This document shows positions 26,271-37,898 of a DNA stretch of 64,000 bases, in pieces. This DNA is from Trichosphaerium sp. ATCC 40318 (lineage: Eukaryota; Protista; Tubulinea): positions 186,001-250,000 of the forward strand of contig JALMLS010000268.1 in the NCBI GenBank assembly GCA_038496445.1, read 5' to 3'. Under the pieces are notes generated by a model. The model was given only the letters and a program-made list of their open reading frames with translations, did no database searches and was not told the DNA's origin. The position numbers and the translations under genes are program-made. How positions within the stretch are numbered: the stretch's first letter is position 1; every line of letters begins with the position of its first letter.

Positions 26271-27452
26271 ATGAAAACGTCTTTGAATATATTAGATATC
26301 CCTTGTGAGATACAAATCTATATATGCAGTTTTAGTCAGGAAGTATTCTCAAAGTTTAGTGTTCTTTCTAAAAGAGCTGCAACAAATACACATTACAATT
26401 ACAATCTTAAAAAGCAAGGATTGTGGTTGTACTGGTACAAGCATAGCGAACAAGTTCGCGAGTCTAAGATGATGAACAATGGAAAAGTAGATGGCAAGAC
26501 CAAACTTTGGTTTACGAACGAGCAGCTTGCAAGACAATCATCGTGGATTAATGGCAAGATGAATGGCGTTGCTAAAAAATGGCACAATAATGGGCAACTC
26601 AGACATCAGGGATGGTTCGTTGATAGTAAGGCGAACGGTGAGGTTAAAGGTTGGCATAGGAGTGGTAACCTTGCAATGCAATCGTCATGCATTGATGGCA
26701 AGCTTAGTGGCATGTACAAGGAGTGGTATTCAAACGGGCGACTGAAACATCAACAGTTTTACGTTGATGGTAAATTGAATGACCAATCCATAAAGTGGTT
26801 TGAGAACGGTCAAATCCAAGAACAATTCTCAGTATATGTCGATGGTACAATGAATGGAACGCTTACAACTTGGTATAACAAAGGTCAAAGGGAGTCTATA
26901 AGCACGTGGGCTAATGGTGAGCGCCATGGAGAACGCCAACAATGGTATGAGAGCGGTGAAGTCAAAATACAAGAAACTTTTGTAAATGGTAACCGTGATG
27001 GCATTTACTCGCAGTGGTACAAAGATGGTCATCTCCAAGTTGAATGTGTGTACCTTGAAGGGAAACAACACGGTTTTTACAAGTCTTGGTATTGGAATGG
27101 AGCTATACAACATGATTGTGTATATGTTGAGGGAGAGGAAGATGGAGAACAGAAGATTTGGTATCATAATGGATGTCTTAAAATTAAGTACATTGCAAAG
27201 GGGAATAAGAAACTAGAGTACAAAATGTGGTACGCAAACGGTGTACTTGAAGAAGAGTCTACCTATATAGATGGTGAACTGGATGGTGAGTGTAAGGTTT
27301 ATTGGGAAAATGGCCTTATCCTCTCACACTGCTCTTACGTTAATGGTAAGAGACACGGTGTTTGCATGGACTGGTGCCAGGATGGATATCAAGATTGTAT
27401 AAGTATTTTTGAAAGAGGTGAAGAGATACACAGGTTCACTAGGAGAGAGTAA
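26271..27452 (+). CDS. degenerate F-box + MORN-variant (YwqK-like) repeat protein
   Basis: ILDIPCEIQIYIC..SVLSKRAA followed by about 14 repeats of the type G.(Y/W)K.WY.NG.l.....Y.dG; uninterrupted ORF; an upstream exon is possible (acceptor-like GTTACAG at about 26250). Confidence 0.85.
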   Translation: MKTSLNILDIPCEIQIYICSFSQEVFSKFSVLSKRAATNTHYNYNLKKQGLWLYWYKHSEQVRESKMMNNGKVDGKTKLWFTNEQLARQSSWINGKMNGVAKKWHNNGQLRHQGWFVDSKANGEVKGWHRSGNLAMQSSCIDGKLSGMYKEWYSNGRLKHQQFYVDGKLNDQSIKWFENGQIQEQFSVYVDGTMNGTLTTWYNKGQRESISTWANGERHGERQQWYESGEVKIQETFVNGNRDGIYSQWYKDGHLQVECVYLEGKQHGFYKSWYWNGAIQHDCVYVEGEEDGEQKIWYHNGCLKIKYIAKGNKKLEYKMWYANGVLEEESTYIDGELDGECKVYWENGLILSHCSYVNGKRHGVCMDWCQDGYQDCISIFERGEEIHRFTRRE

Positions 27453-27642
27453 AAATATGTACTGAGCAATAACCAAAAAAAACAAATAAAGTCAATTCTT
27501 TGAAAACAATCAATGAACGAGATTTTTCTTTTTCTCCTTTTTTTTTGGGTGATAGTGCTCACTCATAGTATTAAACTATACCATATTATACGTAGTCTTT
27601 ATTATACAATTTTTTTTACCTTGTTATTTATATTTACACTAT

Positions 27643-29780
27643 CTACATCTTGGAGAAGAACATTAAAATCATCGCCGAACTTTTTTTTTGTTTTGATTTT
27701 CGAGCTTACGCAGGCGCTTTGGGCGTTGACTGTGTCCGCTCAAACGAAACTTGCAGTAACCGAACTACGGCACGTGATATATCGCCTTCTTCGCTAGCAA
27801 GTGCATTCATGCATCGTCTTGTATCAGTAAATCCCATCCGAGAAAGCTCCAGTAAAGAAGCTTGTAAAAGTTGTGATGAAGAAGCATCTTTTAAGTCACC
27901 AACAGAATGTCTCTTTTCTATATGCTTTACTGGTTTTAAATCAACTTTTTCTTTTGATCCATTCATAAGTTTGAGTTTATATACAAACGAAGAGAACTGT
28001 GGTAAACCCCTAAACACAATATGTCAATTTCTTTAATACTTAAAAAAAAAAAAAGGAAAAAACAAACACCGTTGTCTTAGACAGAAGTAAGGACTGTGTC
28101 AGAAAAAAGCAGTAAACCAGCGGTAAAGAAGTAAGTTTACCTACTAAAATCAACATAGAAAAACGTTTAAGACCATACGTAGGCATACCAAAGAGCAAAA
28201 AAGTTTAAACAAAAAGCAAAAAAAAGAAATGCGTACCGAATAAAGGATAAATCAGGATCTCGTAGTAGTACAGCCTCATTAGTGAATCCATGTACTAAAC
28301 AAAGCTCCAGGTACTTTAATGATCTTTGAGCATTCTTTAGACGTGACTGGATGCAAGCCAAGTTGTAATAAATTTGAGGCAAATTTGGAAATATATACAA
28401 AATAACATCCAATAGTCTTGACGCGTTGTATAGATGCTTAACCTCATCTTTTGACATCAAACCAAGAGATATTTTATACAACTCTTTAGCAATACGACAA
28501 CGAAGCCAATTATGAGTTTTTTGAGGCCTATAGAGAAGTAAGCTCAACACTGTAATTTTTTTCTTCAAAACTCAAGGCGTAGGAATTTCTCAAAATTTTT
28601 CGCTCCATTATGTGTATCCACAACATAAAATATATTTGCCACTGCATTGTACTCTTATTTTACGTAAAATCGTGGAAAGTGGTACGTAACACTGACCCAA
28701 AAAAAAAAAGTACAAGAAATTTAATTGTTTTTTTTTTGCACCCCAACACTGCCTTCAATATAACCATTGCAGTGCGTAAACATTGTATTGAAAACGCAAT
28801 GATTTCTACGAAATTTCGAAAAGCAAGAAAAAGTGTAGCATTGACACGTACGTAAGATTAACGTCAGAAACCATTATACCATAAAGAGAATTAACAACAT
28901 CTAATAACTTCACTTTTACGATTTTTTGAAGCTCAATATCTTCAACCAAATCCATGATACGATCAAGCTGCTTACTAAGGTACAACGCGAATTCTCTACG
29001 CCGCTAAGAGAGTTTTTAGCCACTTTTAAAAAAAGACTTGAATAGTAATTTGCAGTGAACAAAAGCGCATGAAAGTACACTGCATTCAGTAAACATATAA
29101 AGTTAACGTCGTTTTACCTTATTTATTTGTCGTGCTTGTTTTTCTGTAGCTAAACACACATTAAATGTGTTATTGTGCTTCTTTGATAGCCTGTGAACCA
29201 TACTACGTAACACTTGGTCGTCTGTTATCTGTTTTAAGTGTTAGAAACAGTTTGCTTTCACAGAAAACGTCCAAATAGGCTGACGGTAAGCCTAATGCGG
29301 TTTTTGTTGGCGCAATACTAGTATTGAATTGCGTAGTTACATCTAAAGGCGCTTTTGGCGTTTTAAAAACAAACTGAAATGTTTTTGTAAACCAGAGTTT
29401 GTGCTGTTTAGCAGGCGTATACGTACCTCTACAAATACATTGGGACACTTCTCCCATAAAAATTGTGTTGTTACGTGGTCTATGTTGTCTAAGGTTGCTT
29501 GGTTTCTACACCACTGCCTACTGAGTGATTCCAGACTTATTTTGCGAGCCTCTGTAGTGAATGTAATGCTAGCCGCGTCTTTTTTGGTGATAATAACTGT
29601 AACGGGCGGTAATGTAGTCCTAGAGCGCTTGGGAGAATCGCTAACGCGGTTTAGATATGTCAAAAGGAAAAAGGGTCTCAAAGTATGAACGTACATCATT
29701 TGGTACGCGAAATATTAATAAATGACATTTGCTTGGCTTCTGAGGTGCTTCTTAGATGGAAAGCGTTTGTAAAAGACAAG
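27643..29780 (-). CDS. multi-exon protein with TPR-like repeat and C-terminal UBA domain
   Basis: IYYNLACIQSRLKNAQRSLKYLELCLVHGFTNEAVLLRDPDLSFIR (TPR-end type) and LLELSRMGFTDTRRCMNALASEEGDISRAVVRLL (UBA, MGF motif); 5' boundary uncertain. Confidence 0.65.
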
Positions 29781-30658
29781 AAAAACCGAATTGCTGTTTA
29801 AGCGCGAATACACCAATTTGTTCTACCTTTGGGTATATAAACTTTTACTACGAGTAGAAGCCAGTAATATAATGTGCACTGCGAATTCATTCGTGTTTTC
29901 TTCTTTTCAACAAAAACGGCGAGTGTCGCTGGTTGCCTTACTGCTTTTGACAACTTCCTATAAAGCTAATTTTTGGCCTGCAACTTGCAAATTGTGTGTT
30001 CTTATTTGATTATTATTACAATAAATAGAGCACGTGTGAAAAAGAATACAATCATTTAAAAAAAAAAAGATCGGTATTTTCATCTTTTACACTTCTCAAT
30101 GAGTTGCTGAAGACGAAATGACATTAAAAGTGAACTCATAAGTAACACAAACGATAGAAAACATTTTAAACAAACTCTAGAGCTTGCGTATCCTCTATTT
30201 GGTGCAGATTCGTACGATATAAAGCGCTTGAGTATCATTGAAAGGTTTGTTCATTTTATTTCGTTTCAGTAAAGTATCGTAGCTCGGGGTAATCCTACCG
30301 AAAGATGTAGCAATGCACAAACTACGCTATTACGCTAGCTAATAACTTCACAGATGATAGCGCTTTAAAACATTTCAAGTGTATGGCACAAAGATGTACG
30401 GTACCTAAACGTATTGAAAATGAAACGTTTGTCACGTGTTTGTACGGGTATCGGTTTGTAAAAAAGTTACGGAATGGTCAAGTTAAATAGCGCTATAGTT
30501 GATTAAACTCTATCGCGTTATCAAACCGATAACAAGTTTGTACTGTAGCGCCTGGGTTAACAACCAGTGAAAGAAAGCAAAAAATACACAGTTTATAACT
30601 TTGGAAAAAAATGATAGTTCGACGCTCTACAGGGGTTGTTGGCGCGTTCTGGCGCTAT

Positions 30659-31535
30659 ATGAAGATAAAAGGTAACGAAAGAAACCAAGAAAGTTCAAAT
30701 TCGCTTCGAAACTCATCATTAACGCGATACCTTGACGTATGAGTTATACTTAGTAATTTTTTCGTTTTTACCTCTTTGTATTTTTTGTAATCACGTGACG
30801 TAGTGACGTTCGCGCTTTTTTTTTCTCGTTTATTAGCGATGCTGATTGACTTTTCTTTCAGAAGAAAACGAGCCTTGTCTATTGCTCGAATTACCACCCG
30901 AAATCCAACAATATATTTGCTCATTACACTCTGACTGTTGGGCTAACTGGCATTTGCTATCGAGAAAAGCGGCAATGATGACTCACTTCAACTCAAAGTT
31001 AGAGAAAACAGGACCATGGAAACAGTTTTATAAAGATACTGGAACTGTAAGAAGAGAATTTGAAATATCAGACAATATTCTAAACGGAGATTACAAGATA
31101 TACCAAAGAGATGGTAAATTAAGACTTTTTTGTACATATAAAAACGGTAAAAAACACGGGGAGTTTCGTCAATGGTGGGCAAATGGTAACATACAGATAC
31201 ATCAATATATGCGTCATGGTGCAATTGAAGGTGAACGTAAACATTTTCATGAAAATGGTGAGTTATGGATGAAAGTGAAGGTGAAAAAAGGAAAAAGACA
31301 AGGTGTTTATAAACGATGGCATAAAAATGGTCAGTTATTTTTGTTTGTTTATATGGTTCATGGTGAAATGCATGGTGAGTATAAACAGTGGTATGATAAT
31401 GGTGAACAACATATAAGATGTAGATATAATCATGGTCAGCGTGAGGGGATATATAAAGAGTGGGACATGTCAGGAAATTTAATTTCTTCGTTAAACTACA
31501 GCAAGAAAAATGGCTTTTATAACAGAAAAGACTGA
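30659..31535 (+). CDS. degenerate F-box + MORN-variant repeat protein
   Basis: LLELPPEIQQYICSL..WHLLSRKAA followed by about 7 MORN-variant repeats. Probable micro-exon ATGAAGATAAAAG|gtaacg..tttcag|AAGAA gives MKIKEENEPC; main exon to 31535. Confidence 0.85.
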
Positions 31536-31547
31536 AAAGACTTGACT

Positions 31548-33181
31548 TTAAGAACATCCATGTTCGTATTCTTCTATGGTTTTTTGTATATCTGTGATTT
31601 GAAGTGTTTTTACACCTTTCCAAATCGACTGTAAACAATCAAGACAATGACGTAGAGCATCAATGTGTTCTTTTTGATTGTCTTTGCAAAAAAAAATTAA
31701 CTTTGTGAAATATGTTTTCAAATAAAAAGTAGATAACGTACCTGATTCTTTTGCTTGTTTTGCTTGTGCCAAGTATAATCTATAGTTTAATTCATGTTTT
31801 GGGTGGTAATGACTTGCATAGCTTTTCTTCAATAACCGTAAAATACGATGACATCGAAACTTGTTGTTTTCAATGTTGATTTTCTGTTGGAGAAGCTCCA
31901 CCTTATCAAGCAACAATCCGTAATTTCTTTGGTGGGATTTCCAATGGACCAAATCTATATCTGTTGTACAGTTGCTACATCCAGTATTACCTATAATGAT
32001 TTAAAAAAACATTTCTGCACGTGTTATTTACCTGTTGAAATAGAAGTGAATTGTTTACAACTAACACATTTTATAGAATCAAGGTGGCTTTCTCCTTCTT
32101 GATCGCTACTGCAGCGGGCACAAGAACACTTAAAATGATAATGAGCTTCTAGATAAGATTGTCTCTCGTGTTTAGATGATAACACATCAACATAGGATAT
32201 TGTAACAGGTTCACCTAACCTTGGTTACCAGGAAGTTGTATTACTTCGTTCTAGTACCTGGCTCAATATCCCGAAGTGCTACAATACTGAGCGATAACTT
32301 AGAATCCTTGGTGCGGTTATACCTAGCCTCTGCATTTGGCATACACGCGTGATTCAACATTGAAGACGTTAAAAATATACCAGCAGCTGCGCTTTGTTAA
32401 CTACAAAAAATTATTGTTATTTTTTTGGTACCTTTTGGCATGTCACAAATCAGAAAAGCGTTGTATTGTATGCGCTGCAAGATACCTAAAAATAAGATGA
32501 TTGGCCACACGCACGTGTTGTGTATAACAAGGAAGCCTTTTATCGGCTTGTAGTATACCTGATATTAATGATTTTGTTGCGAAAGTTTTAAGTTCTGATT
32601 TCTCATTTTGACACATGTCAAACACTAGATCTACGCAATGTGTTACAAAATAGCTTTTAAATGGATCACACACCAAGTATTTGGCTGCTGGAATCCTCCA
32701 TGGGCAAATTATCATGCGAAACTAACGACATGAACTCGTTTTGGCGAGTATCAGCAAGATAGAGCTTGATTAGTATAGATAACGCTAAATACCCTTGATA
32801 CCGCAATTGGCTAGCTTGTGGTAGCGATAGAATTGGACAGGACAAAGTATGGTGCTTGGTGTTCTGTTTTTCACACCTGGCTGAGCAATAAGCTATCTAA
32901 CGACAGAATTACAATTTACACTTCACAGACGTATCGTACAGAACACTTAGGGCAAGAAAACGTTGGGTTGGTCACAAATACTGCACAATGAGTACATACG
33001 AACCGAGACGAGACGGTCCGTTCGCTAGCATGAGCAAAAGGTTCTTCATCCGATAATTTACTCCCTTTACCAACGTATTACTCTTAAACAGCGCTCAAAA
33101 GTATTCTGTGCCTGCTGATACAAGACACGAAACTTGAGCGAATCTTCCAGTCTCCTCTGTTTGCTTGACGCTCCAACTCAT
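31548..33181 (-). CDS. SMYD-family SET + MYND lysine methyltransferase, multi-exon
   Basis: WSVKQTEETGRFAQ..EEPFA (SET-N), CTHC..CPKC|..YCSARC..HHTLSC (MYND), GIFLTSSMLNHACMPNA, VALRDIEPG|EPVTISYVD and YHFKCSCARC (post-SET); further exons upstream of 33181 are possible. Confidence 0.85.
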
Positions 33182-35833
33182 CTAGTTTTTTAACCATGGA
33201 GTACCGCCAAAGACCGAATAGAATGAACTATCTGCTAAACAAAGTTACTGGCGACTGGGACATGCAGATTACTCTAGAATCCTGCAAATGCTAATTCCAT
33301 TAATTGGCTAGACGAGAATTATTATGGAAAGTCAGTTCGAAAAAAGAAATATCTGAACAAATGCATAATTAACTTACAGGATGTGTAGTACTCATACTCA
33401 ACATCTGTTCTGATTACAGCGAGAATACCACAAGTCATGTAATTCGAGTTTGTGTACGTATAATAGAGATACAAGACGCTTAGTTCTAACTCGCCTAAGT
33501 AGGTTCATACTTATAACAATGCTTGAATATTCTGTGTTACATTTTAAAAGAATATTAAAGGAATCCCTTTTGGAATCCAAAAAAGGCATTAGCATCCAAC
33601 AACAGTACAATCTGCAACTTCTCCTCTAAACGATGCAAATCATAAAAGCACTTTTCGCAACATTGCTTTTAGCCTGTGTATTATCAGCTACATTGAACCT
33701 TATGCTTCAAAAGCTAATGTTGGCACTTGTGCTACCTCACCAAAGTTCACTTATGTATCTGGAGAATCTTCAACCTGCGTTACATACGCACTAAGCATTC
33801 AGAACAGTTTACCAGGATTCCGCCCCATGATTGTAGGTTCTTGTGATGCAGTTCCTTCAATGTTCAGAAAATAGTAAAAAAGAAACTTCACTAAAACTCC
33901 GTTTACCATTTAGGAATGCTCGCTCAAACGAAACGCTAAAGTTTGAAAACTACACCAACTTCAATTGGACTGGTATTTGAGTCGTCTTATATGAGAGAAC
34001 CAATAGAAACAATGGAAACAGAAAATAAAGACGGTCACATTTGGGCAATTCCAGAATTAGAAGCACGTTTATTGTTCAGTCATGATGCAATGCATACCTT
34101 GTAAAATCCGTAATACTTTTGACGCTTTCTTGATCGTGCCAAATGACTCAACATCTTTGGTTGTTTGGGTTTCATATGGACTTAAGAAAAGCACAATCTT
34201 GTGGCGACTTCAGGCTATACAAAAGAAGCTCATGGAAACTTCTGACAATATTAAAAAGGCACTGTTGTGCTTAGTGATTCTCACCAATAAATATGGTATG
34301 TTTTCTAAATACTAGGTATTAAAGCTAAGGTTCCATGCTGTTGTTATTGATGGTACGAAATTGACATTTTACGAATTTATTTCTTCCCTCCTGAACCACA
34401 AGTTGCACCAATGTTTCATTGATTAACCTCACCAAAAGAAAAGTGTTACAACACAAAGTGGCAGTACATTTTTATCAAAACGTTTCAACCTTTGCTCTTT
34501 TGTAGAGCAACAAATAGTCTTGTTCCTGATACGTATAGTTAAACTGGTTAGGCTTAGTAAGCCTGATTCACCATTTACAACAGATGGCGGCTTGTACATA
34601 AACATTACCGCTGTGCTGGCAAAAAAGCCAAAAACTGAGCGAGTTTTGTCTCAATCACACGCTCCTAAAACGCGTACAAATAGTCGAAATTGGCTCTCCT
34701 ACGCCCGCAAAGGCAGTATGCAAGCGGAAACGTGTAAGTGTAAGTCAATATTAGCAAACAAACTTAAACACTATCACAACCCCACTAGCCCGTAGAAACA
34801 CAACCTCAGTATGCTTCCCTACAATTCTAAACAAAAAAACAAAAAACACAGTTTCTAAAAATACCTTTTTGAAACTAAAAGCTGTTTAAAACCTCATGGT
34901 GCCCACTGTGGTGTAATATTACTAATACCACAATTTTTTCCCCAACGCGAATAAGAAATTCAAAAGCTCGATGATGTTTATTACTACTGTAGGATCGGAA
35001 ACTGTTTATCAGGGCTACGGCTCAGTCCAGGCTGATCTATCTGTGCCATTAATGAAGCTTGTTTATTCGCTAGATTGTGTTATCACTAATATTGTCTGGC
35101 TGAAAGATAGCTACATGGTGGTGTGGGTGCCTTTGCAAAGGGGCTAAGGTTTGAGATATTGGTTTACGGAATTCCATCCTACATTTACTATTTTTTATGG
35201 TTAGATGAGCAGGCTTGGAAGAATGATACACTTGAATTCAGCAGGCTATTTTTCAAAACAAGATAGAACCAACAGAAAGTAGTGTGAAAGTTGTTTGTAT
35301 CCGTTTAGGATTTATTCTCACTTTTGAAGTGTGATTCCTAGTTGGAGTCTATTAATAATATTACTCACTGAACATTTTACAAACCGAAAGCTTAATCGCC
35401 ATTTTAAATAGAATGTTGCATGTACACATTCTTTACATTATTCGTCCCTTGAGGACAATTACCAAACTGGGAAAAGTGAGTTCATTCAACTGATTTTTTT
35501 AAGGTTAAGTTTTGTGACGAACAAACGTTCGGAAAACAGCGCCTAAACGCTGTTACTCGTTGAATACTAGCCGCTCAGTCGATGCCTATCAATATCCTCC
35601 TTCTAAACCCAATTCCATACTCAATATTGTGCCTCAAGGTTCTAGAAACGAAGTGTTTTTTTTCCTTTTTTGCCAACAGTGCGTTGAACTACTTTCTCTC
35701 TTTCTAGAACTACTAGCTCAGCCAACTGGATTTCCGCAGATCTCTCCGTTTCCGAACCAACTTTTTACCACATTGATTGTACGCACAATAGCCTTGAACA
35801 TTTGTTTTCAGCGCAATTTGGTATTAACTTAAC

Positions 35834-36694
35834 ATTCAACCTTCGCTACTTCCCAACTCAAGGGTGAACTTCAAATCGGTATCTACGTTGGGGGGGTCTT
35901 CTCTTGTAACGTTTCTTGTGATTCTCTTGCTTGGGGTCTTGCTTCAAATGTTACAAAAGTTGAGACTGACTTCAGTTGTATCTTACAAAAGTTGAGACTG
36001 ACTTCATTGTATCTTACGATTCTTCATCCCCAACAACCATCTTTCCTCTTGGTACTTTCTGTAATCCATCTGGTGAAGCTCAAAATTACGCAACATACGA
36101 ATACACTCCATCAGCAGATGAGAGTGTTAGATTCGCTCTTCGTGGTGTAAACACCCCTACTGCGTACGTAACACAAAACCTTTGCAAGAGCTCAAAACTA
36201 ATGTCTTCTTCTAGATCATCAACAACTGGTAAAGTATTGGGAACTTACTCCGCAATAATTAACACGTTATCATTGACCCCTCCTGCTCAATTAAATGTTG
36301 CTGTAATCACTGGTGCTACTCTTAATGATACCAACTGCGATTGTCCTGGTAACGCTGCTTGCGGAACCCTTGTTGAACCAGAACTCTCAGTTAACTACAA
36401 GTATCTGGAACAACATACACCATTCTTGTTGGTGCAAGCAGCGAAAACGCTGTTGTTGTAACTGCTCCTACTGGAGGAGCTGAGGATAACACTTACTCTG
36501 TTACTATGTCCCCTGAAGGTACAGCAATTGGATGTACTCCTGCTTCTGCTCTTACAACTGCCGCTCCTGTTGATAGTAGCACACCTACTATGCCAACCAT
36601 GCCAACCATGCCAATCGCACCAGTTACTGCTGGTGCTTCTACAATTACAAAGGCTATAATTGTTGCCATGCTTTGTTTTTTGGCTTTTGTTTAA
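35834..36694 (+). pseudogene. disrupted gene for a Cys/Thr/Pro-rich surface protein with C-terminal hydrophobic (GPI-signal-like) tail
   Basis: Continuous protein-like reading (..GELQIGIYVGGVFSCNVSC..TKVETDF/IVSYD..CDCPGNAACG../VSGTTYTILVG..TPTMPTMPTMP..AGASTITKAIIVAMLCFLAFV*) is broken by a 32-nt duplication at 35951 and a frameshift near 36400; no start codon or signal peptide seen. Confidence 0.6.
35951..36013. repeat. tandem direct duplication, 32 + 31 nt
   Basis: ttacaaaagttgagactgacttcagttgtatc followed by ttacaaaagttgagactgacttcattgtatc, then ttac. Confidence 0.95.
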
Positions 36695-36971
36695 TTAAAG
36701 TCTAAATAAATAAAACAACATTTTCTCACTACAGCAACTGTAATTGCGGATATGTATTTCAGTGACAGCAAGCAGTTTGAAGTGTACAAGCTTTGTTTTT
36801 TTATGTTGATCCTAGAGATTTATTGTAATCATGCGTAGCCTTACCAGCATATACGAAGTTCTTCCAATTAACTTACTAACATAATTGCTTTTGACATTTT
36901 GTAATCTTCTACGAGGAAGTTGATTCTACTGCTAAGTTGTTTATTGCTTATTCATAGCAGTATTCAATTCT

Positions 36972-37679
36972 TTACACTAGTCTAAAGTCATTTGGGTCTT
37001 TAGGTGTCCACGTTACACTATACAGTGTACCATCTTCCAGCCACTTCCTACACTCTCCCTGTATACCGTCGGTGTATATAGACTCCTTCCACAACTGACC
37101 GTTGCTATGCCAACACTTGTGCGCTCCAATTCGATCACCGTTTGAGTAAAAACACTGCTCACACAATTTGCCACTTGTGTTATAGTATCTGAACTCTCCA
37201 TCACGTTTACCATTGATGTAATTACAGTGCATGCTCACTTGTCCATTATCGTACCACTCTTTGTACTCTCCTTCTAATATACCATGGAGGTAATTACACT
37301 GCTTGTTCAAATGTCCATTCTTGCTCCATTCTTTGTACTCGCCTTTCATTTTGCTATTAGTATAATTAACTTGCTTGTGTAGTTGACCGTTCTCATGCCA
37401 CTCCTTGTGCTCCCCGTGTTGTATACCGTGCATCCAAGTCTCTTGACGGACGAGTTTGTTCTCGTTGGTTCTGCTTATCATTCGCCATTTCCCGTGCTTT
37501 CTCATTTCACAATCAAACCTTGACGTCACTGCTGTCTGTTTCGAAAGAAGTGGCCAATGTAAATACACAAACGAGTCTAGGTCGATAATATCAAGTTGAA
37601 TTTCACCTGGAAGGTGTAGTAGATGGCATTTATCCGGTTGAACACCAAATCTCTCTTCATTTCTTGTTTGGCACTCCAT
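36972..37679 (-). CDS. degenerate F-box + MORN-variant repeat protein
   Basis: LLHLPGEIQLDIIDL..WPLLSKQTA, then repeats HGEHKEWHENGQL..; single ORF. Confidence 0.85.
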   Translation of the reverse strand: MECQTRNEERFGVQPDKCHLLHLPGEIQLDIIDLDSFVYLHWPLLSKQTAVTSRFDCEMRKHGKWRMISRTNENKLVRQETWMHGIQHGEHKEWHENGQLHKQVNYTNSKMKGEYKEWSKNGHLNKQCNYLHGILEGEYKEWYDNGQVSMHCNYINGKRDGEFRYYNTSGKLCEQCFYSNGDRIGAHKCWHSNGQLWKESIYTDGIQGECRKWLEDGTLYSVTWTPKDPNDFRLV

Positions 37680-37898
37680 GTTAGTAGTGATTAACTCTTA
37701 TTTTAAAATATACAACATTAAATTATCGCAATAATTTGACTTTACTGTTTTTTTTGGACACGTTTTAGTTTGGCTTAGACTTGCTTTGTATCTGATATCG
37801 CGCTAGTTCCCTTGCGATTAGACGTGCTGCTTAAAGGAACTCTGTTCCGTTCTAGATTTAGTCCACAGGTGGTCAAATTTGCTTTATTCAGAAGTGCG

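Noticed and set aside
26271-27452. Bacterial YwqJK-type toxin-antitoxin module or bacterial contamination
   Set aside because: No adjacent toxin gene or operon; the proteins carry an F-box-like N-terminus, some have spliceosomal introns, and the neighbours are clearly eukaryotic.
30988-31638. 216-aa minus-strand ORF and similar ORFs overlapping the MORN genes (e.g. 48557..48988, 26829..27167)
   Set aside because: Antisense or off-frame shadows of the repetitive MORN coding sequence, with no independent domain signal.
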